A stretch of 64,000 nt of DNA from contig CAZWVK010000002.1 of assembly GCA_964636785.1 (NCBI GenBank), positions 3,347-67,346 of the forward strand, read 5' to 3'. The DNA is from an uncultured Pseudobdellovibrionaceae bacterium (lineage in GTDB: Bacteria; Bdellovibrionota; Bdellovibrionia; Bdellovibrionales; UBA1609). The notes under the pieces were generated by a model. The model saw only the letters and a program-made list of their open reading frames with translations. It was not told the origin of the DNA and did no database searches. This document shows positions 9,632 through 18,943 of the stretch, piece after piece (the first letter of the stretch is position 1; the number at the start of each line of letters is the position of its first letter). Made by a program: the position numbers and the translations under genes.

Positions 9632-10779
9632 GGGATAGAATTTCAATAACCGATGCCTTTAAGCTTGCGATTTTTGAGGCGGAAAAAGGAAAAGGATTTG
9701 TGTCTCCAAATCCTCCTGTTGGATGTGTGGTACTCAGTGAAGATAACCGACTGCTGGCCACAGGATTTCACCGGAGATTTGGGGGGCCACATGCGGAAGT
9801 TGAAGCTGTAAATTCACTGAGTGATCCATCGGTTTTAAAAGGAGCAAAAATCATAGTGACTCTTGAGCCGTGCTCTCACTTTGGTAAAACCCCACCATGT
9901 GCAGAGTTTTTGGCTCAGTTTCCTATTGCAGAAGTGCACTATGGACTTAAAGATCCAAATCCAAAAGTGTCCGGTCGCGGACTTCAAGTACTTGAAGATG
10001 CTGGAATCAAAACAGAAATGGCTCCCGCGAGTTTCGCTGCCGAGCTGGAAGTTTTGGTTGAGACATTTGTTTGTAACCAGAAGTTCAATGAACCCTTTGT
10101 GGGGGTTAAAGTTGCGACGTCTTTGGATGGTATGATGTGTTTGAAGAACCGAGAAAGTCAGTGGATAACCGGAGCAGAAGCTCGTGAGCAGGGTCATCGC
10201 CTTCGTGCACACTATGGATCGGTTTTGACCTCGGCAAACTCATTAGTGAATGATAACTCGCGTTTGAACTCGCGAATTGAGCCCTTTAAAGATAAATCTA
10301 TCCCGGTGTTTTTATTAGATCAAAATGCCAAGAGTGCGGACTTTCTAGAAGATTCGGAATTATTAAAGGTCAGAGATAAAAAAGACCTATTTGTGTTTAC
10401 GAAGTCAGAAAATCTGAAGCGGTTCTCAGGTTTACCGTCATCACATGTTATTGGACTGAGTTGTTCAGAAGAGGGTTTTGATCTACGAGAGATTCTTAGA
10501 AAAATAAGGGATCTTGGAATGCATTCGTTATTGATTGAAGCTGGACCGGTTTTAACCTCAGCCATGATTTCTCAAGGTCTATTCCATCGTTTAGAAGTTT
10601 TTATTGGATCAAAAATCATTGGATCCAACCCGACTGGCTCCTGGACGAAGGGACTGAATTTTTCTCAAATGAGCGACGTCCTGGAATTTCATCCATCAAA
10701 AATTATGACTTTAGGCCGGGACTTTTACTTATCTGGCCGAAATCCAAAGTCTTTTTCTCCGCTGTTCAATCAAGCTTAG
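9616..10779 (+). CDS. ribD: Riboflavin biosynthesis deaminase/reductase
   Basis: Deaminase zinc motifs HAEVEA and TLEPCSHFGKTPPC, with a C-terminal reductase domain. ATG at 9616 (TTG at 9607 in the track). Overlaps the hmgA-like 3' end. Confidence 0.9.
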   Translation: MAIEVGDRISITDAFKLAIFEAEKGKGFVSPNPPVGCVVLSEDNRLLATGFHRRFGGPHAEVEAVNSLSDPSVLKGAKIIVTLEPCSHFGKTPPCAEFLAQFPIAEVHYGLKDPNPKVSGRGLQVLEDAGIKTEMAPASFAAELEVLVETFVCNQKFNEPFVGVKVATSLDGMMCLKNRESQWITGAEAREQGHRLRAHYGSVLTSANSLVNDNSRLNSRIEPFKDKSIPVFLLDQNAKSADFLEDSELLKVRDKKDLFVFTKSENLKRFSGLPSSHVIGLSCSEEGFDLREILRKIRDLGMHSLLIEAGPVLTSAMISQGLFHRLEVFIGSKIIGSNPTGSWTKGLNFSQMSDVLEFHPSKIMTLGRDFYLSGRNPKSFSPLFNQA

Positions 10780-10804
10780 AGATTCGGAATCCGATAGATA
10801 GAGC

Positions 10805-12664
10805 ATGAATCAGTTCCGCGTGGTCTTATCTCTAAGATATAAACTATTATTGCTATTGACGCTTATTCCAGCGGTCTGTTTGAGTCTTTATCTTTTAATG
10901 GCCACTGATTTGTTTAAAAAAGATAAAGTGGCTTATGTTTTTGACTCAAGTGTTGCAGTTTCACGAGCTCTATCTGTTCAGACTCGCTTAACGATTCAAT
11001 CTCTTTTCGATGCGATCAAACCCATTGTGGAATCATACGACTATCAGCTCAGAGATTTTGATGAGTCCGCAAAAGACCAATTTTTAAAATCGTCGCGATT
11101 AAAAGCAGTTGTTGTGTATCAAAAGCCCAATCGAGGGAAATATGTTTTTCTTGGACGATTGGTCGACAATGAAGATCCAAAAGTTCATGAACATCTTTCG
11201 AACCGTGATTTCATGGGAAATGCTCATCATCAGGCGGTGCAAAATCAGCTATTTATCGCCTCAGCTGGCGGGAATTCAGGTTTAGGGGTTTTTAGTTTTA
11301 GAATCAATCGCGAGAAGGATCAGAGTCATCTTATAGTTACAGCTATTGTCGATGTTTCGGGCTTAGAATCTTCGTTTACGAACTCTGGACTATACATGAG
11401 TTATTTGTGGAGTCCGAAGTATGGCAAACTCTTTGGACCTGAAAGCGAAATGGCCGTTGAGCTTCTAAATCATATTGGCTCGCTTCCAGAAGGAACAGCG
11501 GAAATTTCAGAAGATGGCCATAATGGGGAAAAACGTGAAACTCTGCTTTCGTACTCAAAGCTTGGTTTGAGCGATTTTATAGTGATATCAACTTTAGACA
11601 AAGCAAAAGCACTTAAAGCGGTTGAGGTTTTAATTAAGAAATCTGCTTTGTTTTTTATCGCATTGATCGCCTCTACGCTTTTAATAAGTTTATTTGCATC
11701 CTTTAAACTCACTTCCGCTTTGCGCGAGCTGTTTGAAGCGACACAGAAAATTGCAGATGGGGATTTCTCAGTCCGTGTGAAAGCGACTTCTAAAGATGAA
11801 GTCGGTGGACTTGCTCAAAGTTTCAATTGGATGGCAGAAAAAGTCTCTCAGCTTATGACGGATACTGCGCAAAAGGCGAGGATGGAAAATGAGTTGGCGA
11901 CAGTTAAGACAGTCCAAGAAACGCTATTTCCGTCTGAGAATCTTTCAGAAGATAGAGCCCAAGTTGTTGGACATTTTCAACCAGCTAGTGAGTGCGGTGG
12001 CGACTGGTGGAGTTATACTTTAATTGGCGATCGACTTTACCTCTGGATTGGGGATGCCACGGGTCACGGCGCGCCCGCGGCACTCATCACCAGTGCAGCA
12101 AGATCTGCAGCAGCTATCGTTGAAAGTATTCCTAATCTTGAACCGGGTCAGGCCTTAAAAGTAATGAACCATGCGATTCATCAAACTTCGCGTTCAACAA
12201 TTAATATGACCTTCTTTCTAGGTTGCTTAGATTTAAATACGGGTGAGCTTATTTATTCGAACGCCAGTCATGATCCGCCATACCTTTTAAAGCGGCCTCA
12301 GGAAGGAAAGATCAAAAAGAAGAATCTAGTTCCTTTGATGGATGTGAATGGACCAAGACTTGGTGAAAGAAATGAAGCCGAGTATGAAACAGCTCGAGTT
12401 ATTCTGGAGCCCGGTGATCAGGTCTTTTTCTATACAGATGGAATAATGGATGTACAGAACCCTGGCGGTGAAAACCTAGGAGAACGCGCATTTTTAAAGT
12501 CTCTTTTAGATTCGGTGAATCAAGGAGAGGATCCCGAGAACCGAATGGAGATTCTCCAGAATCAGATAGAGTCTTACCGTCAAGAATCTGAACTTATAGA
12601 TGACGTAACGATGTTCTTACTTCATTTTGGTCCACGAGAAATACAAAAGAGGGAGGCTGCATGA
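10805..12664 (+). CDS. Membrane sensor HAMP-PP2C (SpoIIE/RsbU-type) serine phosphatase
   Basis: Two TM segments flank an extracytoplasmic domain of about 240 aa. HAMP region (ATQKIADGDFSVRVKATSKDEVGGLAQSFNWM). PP2C motifs GGDWWSY, IGDATGHGAPAAL, TDGIMD. Confidence 0.85.
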   Translation: MNQFRVVLSLRYKLLLLLTLIPAVCLSLYLLMATDLFKKDKVAYVFDSSVAVSRALSVQTRLTIQSLFDAIKPIVESYDYQLRDFDESAKDQFLKSSRLKAVVVYQKPNRGKYVFLGRLVDNEDPKVHEHLSNRDFMGNAHHQAVQNQLFIASAGGNSGLGVFSFRINREKDQSHLIVTAIVDVSGLESSFTNSGLYMSYLWSPKYGKLFGPESEMAVELLNHIGSLPEGTAEISEDGHNGEKRETLLSYSKLGLSDFIVISTLDKAKALKAVEVLIKKSALFFIALIASTLLISLFASFKLTSALRELFEATQKIADGDFSVRVKATSKDEVGGLAQSFNWMAEKVSQLMTDTAQKARMENELATVKTVQETLFPSENLSEDRAQVVGHFQPASECGGDWWSYTLIGDRLYLWIGDATGHGAPAALITSAARSAAAIVESIPNLEPGQALKVMNHAIHQTSRSTINMTFFLGCLDLNTGELIYSNASHDPPYLLKRPQEGKIKKKNLVPLMDVNGPRLGERNEAEYETARVILEPGDQVFFYTDGIMDVQNPGGENLGERAFLKSLLDSVNQGEDPENRMEILQNQIESYRQESELIDDVTMFLLHFGPREIQKREAA

Positions 12665-13383
12665 GTGCCGCTCCAAAATTGGATATCGAAGTGGACCATA
12701 CAGAGTCCCTTGAAGAGATTCTCAAGGGCAATCTCATTCAATGCGCGCCTCGCAATCCGTTCTATGACTTGGATCTGAGCGTCTTAGTCGCATTGGATCA
12801 GATTATCGATTTTGCAGAAAGCGACCCAATCACTCTTCTTGGGGGTCGTGTAAAATCCTTCCGATTTCAAATCTGGGCGCTCACGGAAAAGCAAAGTATT
12901 TTGGCACAGACTTCAGATATCCTCGACGCTTATAAAATCAACAGGTCTCTAAAGGAAGATTGCCTTCAGTGTGCCGATGAGTTGATTACAAACTCTATTT
13001 TCAATGCGCCGTTTGAGGAGAGAATTGATAGAAGTGTGGTCGATCTTAAAGTTCCCGGTCAGGTTCCGGTGCTGTTTGATGTCTCGATTGGAGAATCCGA
13101 ATTGGTTCTTTGTTGTGTGGATCCTTTTGGATCAATTGAAATTCCGAGTTTCTTTAAGAAAATTCTGAATTGTTATAAGAGTGGTGTTGGCGAATCGATC
13201 AATTTCGGTCAGGGCGGAGCCGGGATAGGCAGCTTTATGATCTTTGAACAGTGCTTGAGTCTCATACTTGGAGTTGTCCCAGGGAAGCGAACGGCATTTT
13301 ACTGTCGCTTTCCTTTAAAAATGAGCTCCAAAAATCGCAAATCTTTACCGAAAAACATAATCGTATTCAACAGGGAGAAGTAA
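12661..13383 (+). CDS. GHKL-like protein, RsbW/SpoIIAB-like putative serine kinase / anti-sigma-like switch protein (atypically long, 240 aa)
   Basis: N-box-like ADELITNSIFNAP, G1-like VDPFGSI, G2-like GQGGAGIGSFMIF. ATGA overlap with the upstream phosphatase gene. The next gene is a STAS protein. Confidence 0.45.
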   Translation: MSAAPKLDIEVDHTESLEEILKGNLIQCAPRNPFYDLDLSVLVALDQIIDFAESDPITLLGGRVKSFRFQIWALTEKQSILAQTSDILDAYKINRSLKEDCLQCADELITNSIFNAPFEERIDRSVVDLKVPGQVPVLFDVSIGESELVLCCVDPFGSIEIPSFFKKILNCYKSGVGESINFGQGGAGIGSFMIFEQCLSLILGVVPGKRTAFYCRFPLKMSSKNRKSLPKNIIVFNREK

Positions 13384-13384
13384 G

Positions 13385-13858
13385 GTGAGTGGATTTAAAA
13401 TGACACAATCAAAAGAAGGCGACGTCTTAAAACTAAGTTTGGATGGCCATATCGATGAGGAATCGGTCTTTGAGAGTTTAGACCTTGGCGGTGTCAGCAA
13501 GATCAGTATTGATCTAGGAAAAGTGTCTGCCATTAACTCGGTTGGAATTCGGGAATGGGTCAAATGGTCTAAGGGGCTAAGTGCGGTTCCACAGATTCAG
13601 ATTGAAAATTGCCCGAAGGTGGTAGTGGATCAAGTGAATATGGTGGCTGGATTTCTTCCACCGAATGCGAAAATGGAAAGTTTTTTTGTGCCATATTACT
13701 CAGATGATTCTGGCGAAGAAGTGATGGTGCTGTTCAAGCGCGGCGAACACTTCGATGACAATGGCGTTCGTCCACCTGAGGGATTAAAGGATTCTGAAGG
13801 AAATGAAATGGAAATCGATGTTATTGAGGCGAAGTACTTTAAGTTTATAAATGGATAG
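13385..13858 (+). CDS. STAS-domain anti-sigma-antagonist-like protein with a C-terminal extension of about 70 aa
   Basis: LKLSLDGHID...IDLGKVSAINSVGIREW resembles the SpoIIAA/RsbV phospho-serine motif (DLS.V.F.DSSGL). Start is GTG 13385 or ATG 13400. Confidence 0.6.
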   Translation: MSGFKMTQSKEGDVLKLSLDGHIDEESVFESLDLGGVSKISIDLGKVSAINSVGIREWVKWSKGLSAVPQIQIENCPKVVVDQVNMVAGFLPPNAKMESFFVPYYSDDSGEEVMVLFKRGEHFDDNGVRPPEGLKDSEGNEMEIDVIEAKYFKFING

Positions 13859-15794
13859 ATTTACCGTCTTTGATCAGCTTTTAGATGCCGTTTTTGTTGT
13901 CAGTGAGACGACTGAGATTGCTTATGTCAATCGAGTGGCCGCAGATTTATGTGGAGTTTCACAAAAACGGCTGATTGGAAAGAAAAAGCTTTCTGAGCTC
14001 TTTTCTTTCAACTCATTTGAGTTTCCATTTAATGAAAACTCTCTTGGTTTCAAGGAGCCCGGACCGTATCTAGAAACTATATACACGTCGTTAACTGATA
14101 AGGGGAAATCGGGCCGGGTGCAGATGGCAGTTGCGCCGTGGTTCTCAGAAGAGGAATCTGCTGAGAAGCTTTGGTATTTTGTTATGCATGATGTGAGCCT
14201 TGAAGAGGTCTTACATGGCAAATATCGCAGCGAGCTTGAGGCCAAAGAAGGTTACATCAAAGATCTAGAGGTCGCACGCGCTGAACTTGAAAAATACTCT
14301 AAGAATTTGGAAGAGATCGTTGCTCAGCGGACTCAGGAGTTGAGTTTGGCGAATAGAACTCTCCAAGCCGTCATTGATAGTCTCGGACAGGGCTTTTTCA
14401 CGTTTGATAAAGATGGAAAGTGTGGAAACTTATTCACGAAAGCCTGTAATGATCTTTTGCAAACGGAGCCTGCTGGAAAGCTCATTGATAAGGTTTTGAA
14501 GGTCGATGAGGGTGCGAAGAGTGAATTTAAAATGTGGGTAGACTCTCTGTTTTCAGAGCCTCTCCCATTTGAGGATTTAAGATCACTCGGGCCAGATTGG
14601 TTTAAAGGCGACGTGAATCGATCCGTTTTTCTGGAGTATTTTCCAATTCGTGAAGAAAGTGGAGCGATCTCAGATGTGGTTGTTGTTGCAACCGATAAAA
14701 CATTTGAGATTGAAGCACAGAAAAAGTTAGAAGAAGAAAAAAGCTTCGTCGATATGATTTTAAAGTTTGTTCGAGGGCAGAGCCCATTCATTCGATTTCT
14801 TAAAAGTGTTCCGGATGTGTTTGCTCGTCTGGATGTGCTCATCGATCAGGCTGCGCAACATGAAGAAGAATGCTTCAGATTGCTTCACACTTTGGAAGGT
14901 GAGGCGGGAACTTTTTCCTTGCAGAAACTAAGAATGAGTTCTCGTGTGCCGCAGCAGATTCTTCAAGTTAAGGAAGATCGTTGGGAGGAGGATTTTAAAA
15001 ATTCCATTCAATCCCTTAAAGATGCTTATACTGAGTCAGTAAATACTATAGAAAGCTTCTTTGGAAAAGTGATGTCATCAAATTCGGATCATATCTCATT
15101 GAGCTTTGAGGAAATTGATGATCTCGCAAGTCGCATAGATAAAATCGAAAGTGGAAAAGATGTGGCTAATGAGCTTCGCTCACTTAAATTTCAAGAAAAA
15201 ATTGGTTCGGCTTTTAATCACTACGATGGATTGGTACGAACAGTTGCTGAGAAGCTCGGCAAAAGAGTTAGGCCTATTCAATTTATTGGTGGAGACCTCA
15301 AAGTTGACTTAAGGCCACTGCGACCACTCGTTTCGTCGTTCGTTCATCTTTTCAGAAATATTGTTGATCATGGGATTGAAGAGAGTGAAGAGCGTCAAAT
15401 TGTCGGGAAGTCGGCCGAAGGCAATATTTCTGTATTGTTCGAAATGAAAAATAATACTCTAGTCATTAAGGCCTCTGACGATGGTCGTGGAATTAGTCCA
15501 TCAATGATTCGAAAGAAGCTTACTGCGAAATTCCAAGATGAGGATTTTTCCGGTATCTCAGATGAAGATGTGATTCAAGAGATCTTACGCCCGAATTTTT
15601 CTTCTCGCGAACAGGTCGGTGAGTTCTCTGGTCGAGGGGTCGGAATGGACGCCGTAAGAGAAGAAGTTGCCAACTTGGGGGGTACAATGAGAGTCTTATC
15701 AAAGGAGGGTGAAGGGACTTCATTTATTATTGAAGTACCACTAACGTCTTCTCCCAAGAATGAGGTTCATGGAGAACTGAAGAGGTCGGCATAG
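13851..15794 (+). CDS. PAS-PAS-HPt-HATPase class II (CheA-like) histidine kinase lacking the CheW-like P5 domain
   Basis: HPt motif FRLLHTLEGEAGTFSL (compare CheA HSIKGGAGTFG). N-box VHLFRNIVDHGIE, G1 DDGRGIS, G2 FSGRGVGMDAVREEV. The protein ends about 20 aa after the ATP-lid/G2 region. Confidence 0.8.
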   Translation: MDRFTVFDQLLDAVFVVSETTEIAYVNRVAADLCGVSQKRLIGKKKLSELFSFNSFEFPFNENSLGFKEPGPYLETIYTSLTDKGKSGRVQMAVAPWFSEEESAEKLWYFVMHDVSLEEVLHGKYRSELEAKEGYIKDLEVARAELEKYSKNLEEIVAQRTQELSLANRTLQAVIDSLGQGFFTFDKDGKCGNLFTKACNDLLQTEPAGKLIDKVLKVDEGAKSEFKMWVDSLFSEPLPFEDLRSLGPDWFKGDVNRSVFLEYFPIREESGAISDVVVVATDKTFEIEAQKKLEEEKSFVDMILKFVRGQSPFIRFLKSVPDVFARLDVLIDQAAQHEEECFRLLHTLEGEAGTFSLQKLRMSSRVPQQILQVKEDRWEEDFKNSIQSLKDAYTESVNTIESFFGKVMSSNSDHISLSFEEIDDLASRIDKIESGKDVANELRSLKFQEKIGSAFNHYDGLVRTVAEKLGKRVRPIQFIGGDLKVDLRPLRPLVSSFVHLFRNIVDHGIEESEERQIVGKSAEGNISVLFEMKNNTLVIKASDDGRGISPSMIRKKLTAKFQDEDFSGISDEDVIQEILRPNFSSREQVGEFSGRGVGMDAVREEVANLGGTMRVLSKEGEGTSFIIEVPLTSSPKNEVHGELKRSA

Positions 15795-16199
15795 ATGTTT
15801 ACGAAAGAAACTCATATTCTCGTGGTTGACGATTCATTAAATATCCGCAGAATGGTTGTGGACACGCTGCAAAGGCTCGGCTTTACGAAAATCACATCTG
15901 CCGAGGATGTTCCAGAAGCAGAAAGTAAATTGGATTATTTTAACAAAACTGATAATAAAATAGGACTTATTCTATCTGATTTAAACATGCCGGGTCCATC
16001 TGGATTGGATTTTCTAAAGGCTGTACGCGAAAGACCAGAAACCAAAGATCTACCTTTTCTTTTGGTAACAACTGAAAGTGAAAAGGGCGCAGTGATTCAG
16101 GCTGCTGCCAGTGGTGTAAGCAGTTATGTGGTTAAACCGTTCACTCTTGAGACATTAGGAAAAAGAATTAAAGACGCCTGGAGCAAGCACAATTCGTGA
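15795..16199 (+). CDS. CheY-like single-domain response regulator
   Basis: ILVVDDS, SDLNMPGPSGLDF, YVVKPFT. ATG directly abuts the stop codon of the kinase gene. Confidence 0.9.
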   Translation: MFTKETHILVVDDSLNIRRMVVDTLQRLGFTKITSAEDVPEAESKLDYFNKTDNKIGLILSDLNMPGPSGLDFLKAVRERPETKDLPFLLVTTESEKGAVIQAAASGVSSYVVKPFTLETLGKRIKDAWSKHNS

Positions 16200-16258
16200 A
16201 AGCAAATTGCACTAAAGTCTAGTTTTCGTTTTTGTTCGATCTTCCGATAAGTTACCTG

Positions 16259-18205
16259 ATGAAGCGAAATGAAATAACCCTTCTCATTGTTGAAGATGAT
16301 AAAAGTTTTGGGAGAGTTTTAAAAGAGGCTCTGTCAAAAACAGGTATGAAAGTGATCCATTCCGGATCTCCTTCCGAAGCGCTTAATCAATGTAAAATGC
16401 AAACTGTTCACCTTGCAGCCATTGACTGCATGTTACCTAAGATGAATGGCATTGATTTATCCATCGAGATGAGAAAAACCCAGTTTGATCAAAACCCGAT
16501 TATTTTGATAAGTGGAATCTTCAAAGAAAAGGCTTTTGAGAATGAAAGTTTAACTAAAACTGGTGCGGTTTCGTTTCTGAGAAAACCTTTTGATCTCAAA
16601 GAGCTCGAGTTACTCGTTTCTAAATCATTAGAGGGTCTTTTAGAATCAGATTCATGGAGTCTAAAGTCACTTCTCGCTCGAAGATTGCGCTCGGTTCGTG
16701 ATCGAATGAAGGTCATTGAGAGTTTAGAGTCCATCTCAGGATTAGATATTCCGATGCTCGTTTCTATTCTAAGTGATGCAAAGGTCAACGGTCACTTAAA
16801 CCTAGTTACGCCCGAGGCGGAAATTTTTGGTGTTACTTTTGTAAAAGGAAGAATTGTTTCTTTCGATAGTGAGCACGCAGAGGAAATAATTCTCACAGAA
16901 TTAAAATCAAATAACTTCTTATCTGAAGAAGACTGGAACGAGTTTCAGACTCTCGGAGAGAAAAGAAGTATTGTTAATAAGCTCATCAATAAAGGATATG
17001 TCAGTCCGCATGCTATCGAGTCTGCAAAGGCTCTTCAGATCAAGCGGGAGCTCACAGAGATTATCAAGTTTTCAACTCTTCAGGTGACGTTTGTTCCAGA
17101 TGATTCCATCGATGTCTCTGGCGGTCTTGATTTTACCGATGCTTATTTAGCTATCCAGGATCAGTTCTTCGAAGCCACCGATTTGCCATTTTTTCACGCC
17201 CTTTATCAGGATTATATGGAGTCTCCCATTCGTCTTACAGAAGCGAAAGACGAAGTGGACTTTATCTGGAACGCTGAGGTTGTGGCATCCATTCCAGGTT
17301 TGAAGGAAAAAATTGAAGACAGTCAGTCATTGAGTGATATTCTGACTTCAATAGATACAGATGAAATAAAATTGTTTTTTGCGATTCATTCACTTTTTTT
17401 AAACCGATTGATTTTGTTTGATGATCTTCAAAAGACAAGGAATGCCGAAGCTTCTCTCGAACGAGTTAAAAAGCTTAAACGTGATCTTTCGAATTTAAAT
17501 CCGATGGAAATTTTTGTTTATTTTGGATCTTCCCCAAAAGTGAATCCGTCTGAAGTCCAGAAGATTTACGCGAAGTTCAAAGAGACAAATGATCCTTCAC
17601 TTTTGAAAGATGATCAAAAAGAGGCCAAAGAGAATGCTCTTGAGGTATTTCAGATTGTCACCAAAGCTTTTGAGACTTTAACAGATGAAGCGAAGAGGGC
17701 ACAGTTCTTTGAAGAGCAAAAAGCCAAATCTGAAAATATGCAAGTCGAAGCTGGCGTTCTTTCTGAGCAAGGGCTTAATTTTCTGCGTCGTGGGCAAAGT
17801 CAGTCGGCCCTTGAGGCTCTTTCCAAAGCATATGATCTTTCTCCCACTCCACGACTTTACTGTTTAAAGGTGTGGGCAGAATTAAAAGCAAAGGCTGGAG
17901 CCGAGTCTCAAAGTCGACTTATAGAGATCCTTCACAAGCTTGAAACCTTGGCAGCAGAAGATCGAAGAGATCCATTTTATTGGATGGCGCTAGGGCTTGC
18001 GAAGCGAGCATCAGGTGATCCACTTGCGGCTACATTTTTCGAACGAGCCTTGAATTTGGATTCCGCTTTTGTGGAAGCAAGACGGGAATTGAATGCCATT
18101 CAGGTTCAGACAGCTCAGTCTAAATCTTCCTCTAAAACCATGGAGTTTTTAAAAGGGGATATCACAGAGCTAGTCAGCCAGATCTTTCGAAAGAAGTCGG
18201 GATAG
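16259..18205 (+). CDS. Response-regulator receiver + PATAN/DUF4388-like + degenerate J-domain + TPR protein
   Basis: REC domain (LLIVEDD, DCMLPKMNG, LRKPF). DUF4388-like DIPMLVSILSDAKVNGHLNLVTP..FGVTFVKGRIVSF. J-like EVQKIYAKFKETNDPSLL...AFETLTDEAKRAQF with no HPD tripeptide. C-terminal TPR-like repeats. ATG at 16259 (track start 16232). Confidence 0.7.
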   Translation: MKRNEITLLIVEDDKSFGRVLKEALSKTGMKVIHSGSPSEALNQCKMQTVHLAAIDCMLPKMNGIDLSIEMRKTQFDQNPIILISGIFKEKAFENESLTKTGAVSFLRKPFDLKELELLVSKSLEGLLESDSWSLKSLLARRLRSVRDRMKVIESLESISGLDIPMLVSILSDAKVNGHLNLVTPEAEIFGVTFVKGRIVSFDSEHAEEIILTELKSNNFLSEEDWNEFQTLGEKRSIVNKLINKGYVSPHAIESAKALQIKRELTEIIKFSTLQVTFVPDDSIDVSGGLDFTDAYLAIQDQFFEATDLPFFHALYQDYMESPIRLTEAKDEVDFIWNAEVVASIPGLKEKIEDSQSLSDILTSIDTDEIKLFFAIHSLFLNRLILFDDLQKTRNAEASLERVKKLKRDLSNLNPMEIFVYFGSSPKVNPSEVQKIYAKFKETNDPSLLKDDQKEAKENALEVFQIVTKAFETLTDEAKRAQFFEEQKAKSENMQVEAGVLSEQGLNFLRRGQSQSALEALSKAYDLSPTPRLYCLKVWAELKAKAGAESQSRLIEILHKLETLAAEDRRDPFYWMALGLAKRASGDPLAATFFERALNLDSAFVEARRELNAIQVQTAQSKSSSKTMEFLKGDITELVSQIFRKKSG

Positions 18206-18943
18206 TTCTCTCAATTTACGCAAATTCTGCTCTAAGATGGCTTCAATAACCTGAATTTCGTGTTCAGTTGGGCGCTGTACTAAAAACAATCTTTTCAAAG
18301 TGATATAGGCGCTCGATTTTCGCGCTGAAATATCAAATCCCATTTCAATGAGCCAATCTTTGATGAGCTGATCCGGGAAATAAAGCGGCATAACCGCCTT
18401 CGGATCTTCTCCCGTGATCTGTTTGACCGGTTGAGTGGGAGGGAAGCTTCGCCTCGTCATGAACAATGCCAAAAGGACAGCTTGAGCGAGATTAAGACTT
18501 CCAAACTCTCCATAAATCGGCAAGTGACAGCAGTAATTCATAAACGAAACATCCTCAAGACTCAGACCATCAGCTTCAGGACCGAAGAAGAGATAGATGA
18601 TTTGTCCTTCCTTGGCTTTTTCTTGGGCGAACTTGGTTTTTACTTCATTTAAACTTTCTTCTAATGAGTAGACTTTTCGCTTCTTTCCACCTCGTCTTGT
18701 AAGGGCGATGCGAATTCCATTGCCTTCCGACTTAAAAAACTCATCCCAGGATTTATAGATGATTGCAGCTTCCAGTGCCGCCTGGGCTCCGGCCGCATTT
18801 TGCTTAGCCTTAGAGTTGATCACGGTCTGGGGGTCAATGAGGATCAGGCGGCTTCCGCCCATATTTGCCATAGCTCGCGCAGCGGATCCAATATTTGAGG
18901 AATATTCCGTGCGAACCAATACAACGCGGATGTCAGCGATCAT
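18170..18943 (-). CDS. trmJ: SpoU/TrmH-family tRNA 2'-O-methyltransferase, TrmJ-like
   Basis: N-terminus IRVVLVRTEYSSNIGSAARAMANMG parallels the E. coli TrmJ N-terminus. SLNLAQAV knot motif. Confidence 0.8.
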   Translation of the reverse strand: MIADIRVVLVRTEYSSNIGSAARAMANMGGSRLILIDPQTVINSKAKQNAAGAQAALEAAIIYKSWDEFFKSEGNGIRIALTRRGGKKRKVYSLEESLNEVKTKFAQEKAKEGQIIYLFFGPEADGLSLEDVSFMNYCCHLPIYGEFGSLNLAQAVLLALFMTRRSFPPTQPVKQITGEDPKAVMPLYFPDQLIKDWLIEMGFDISARKSSAYITLKRLFLVQRPTEHEIQVIEAILEQNLRKLRELSRLLSKDLAD

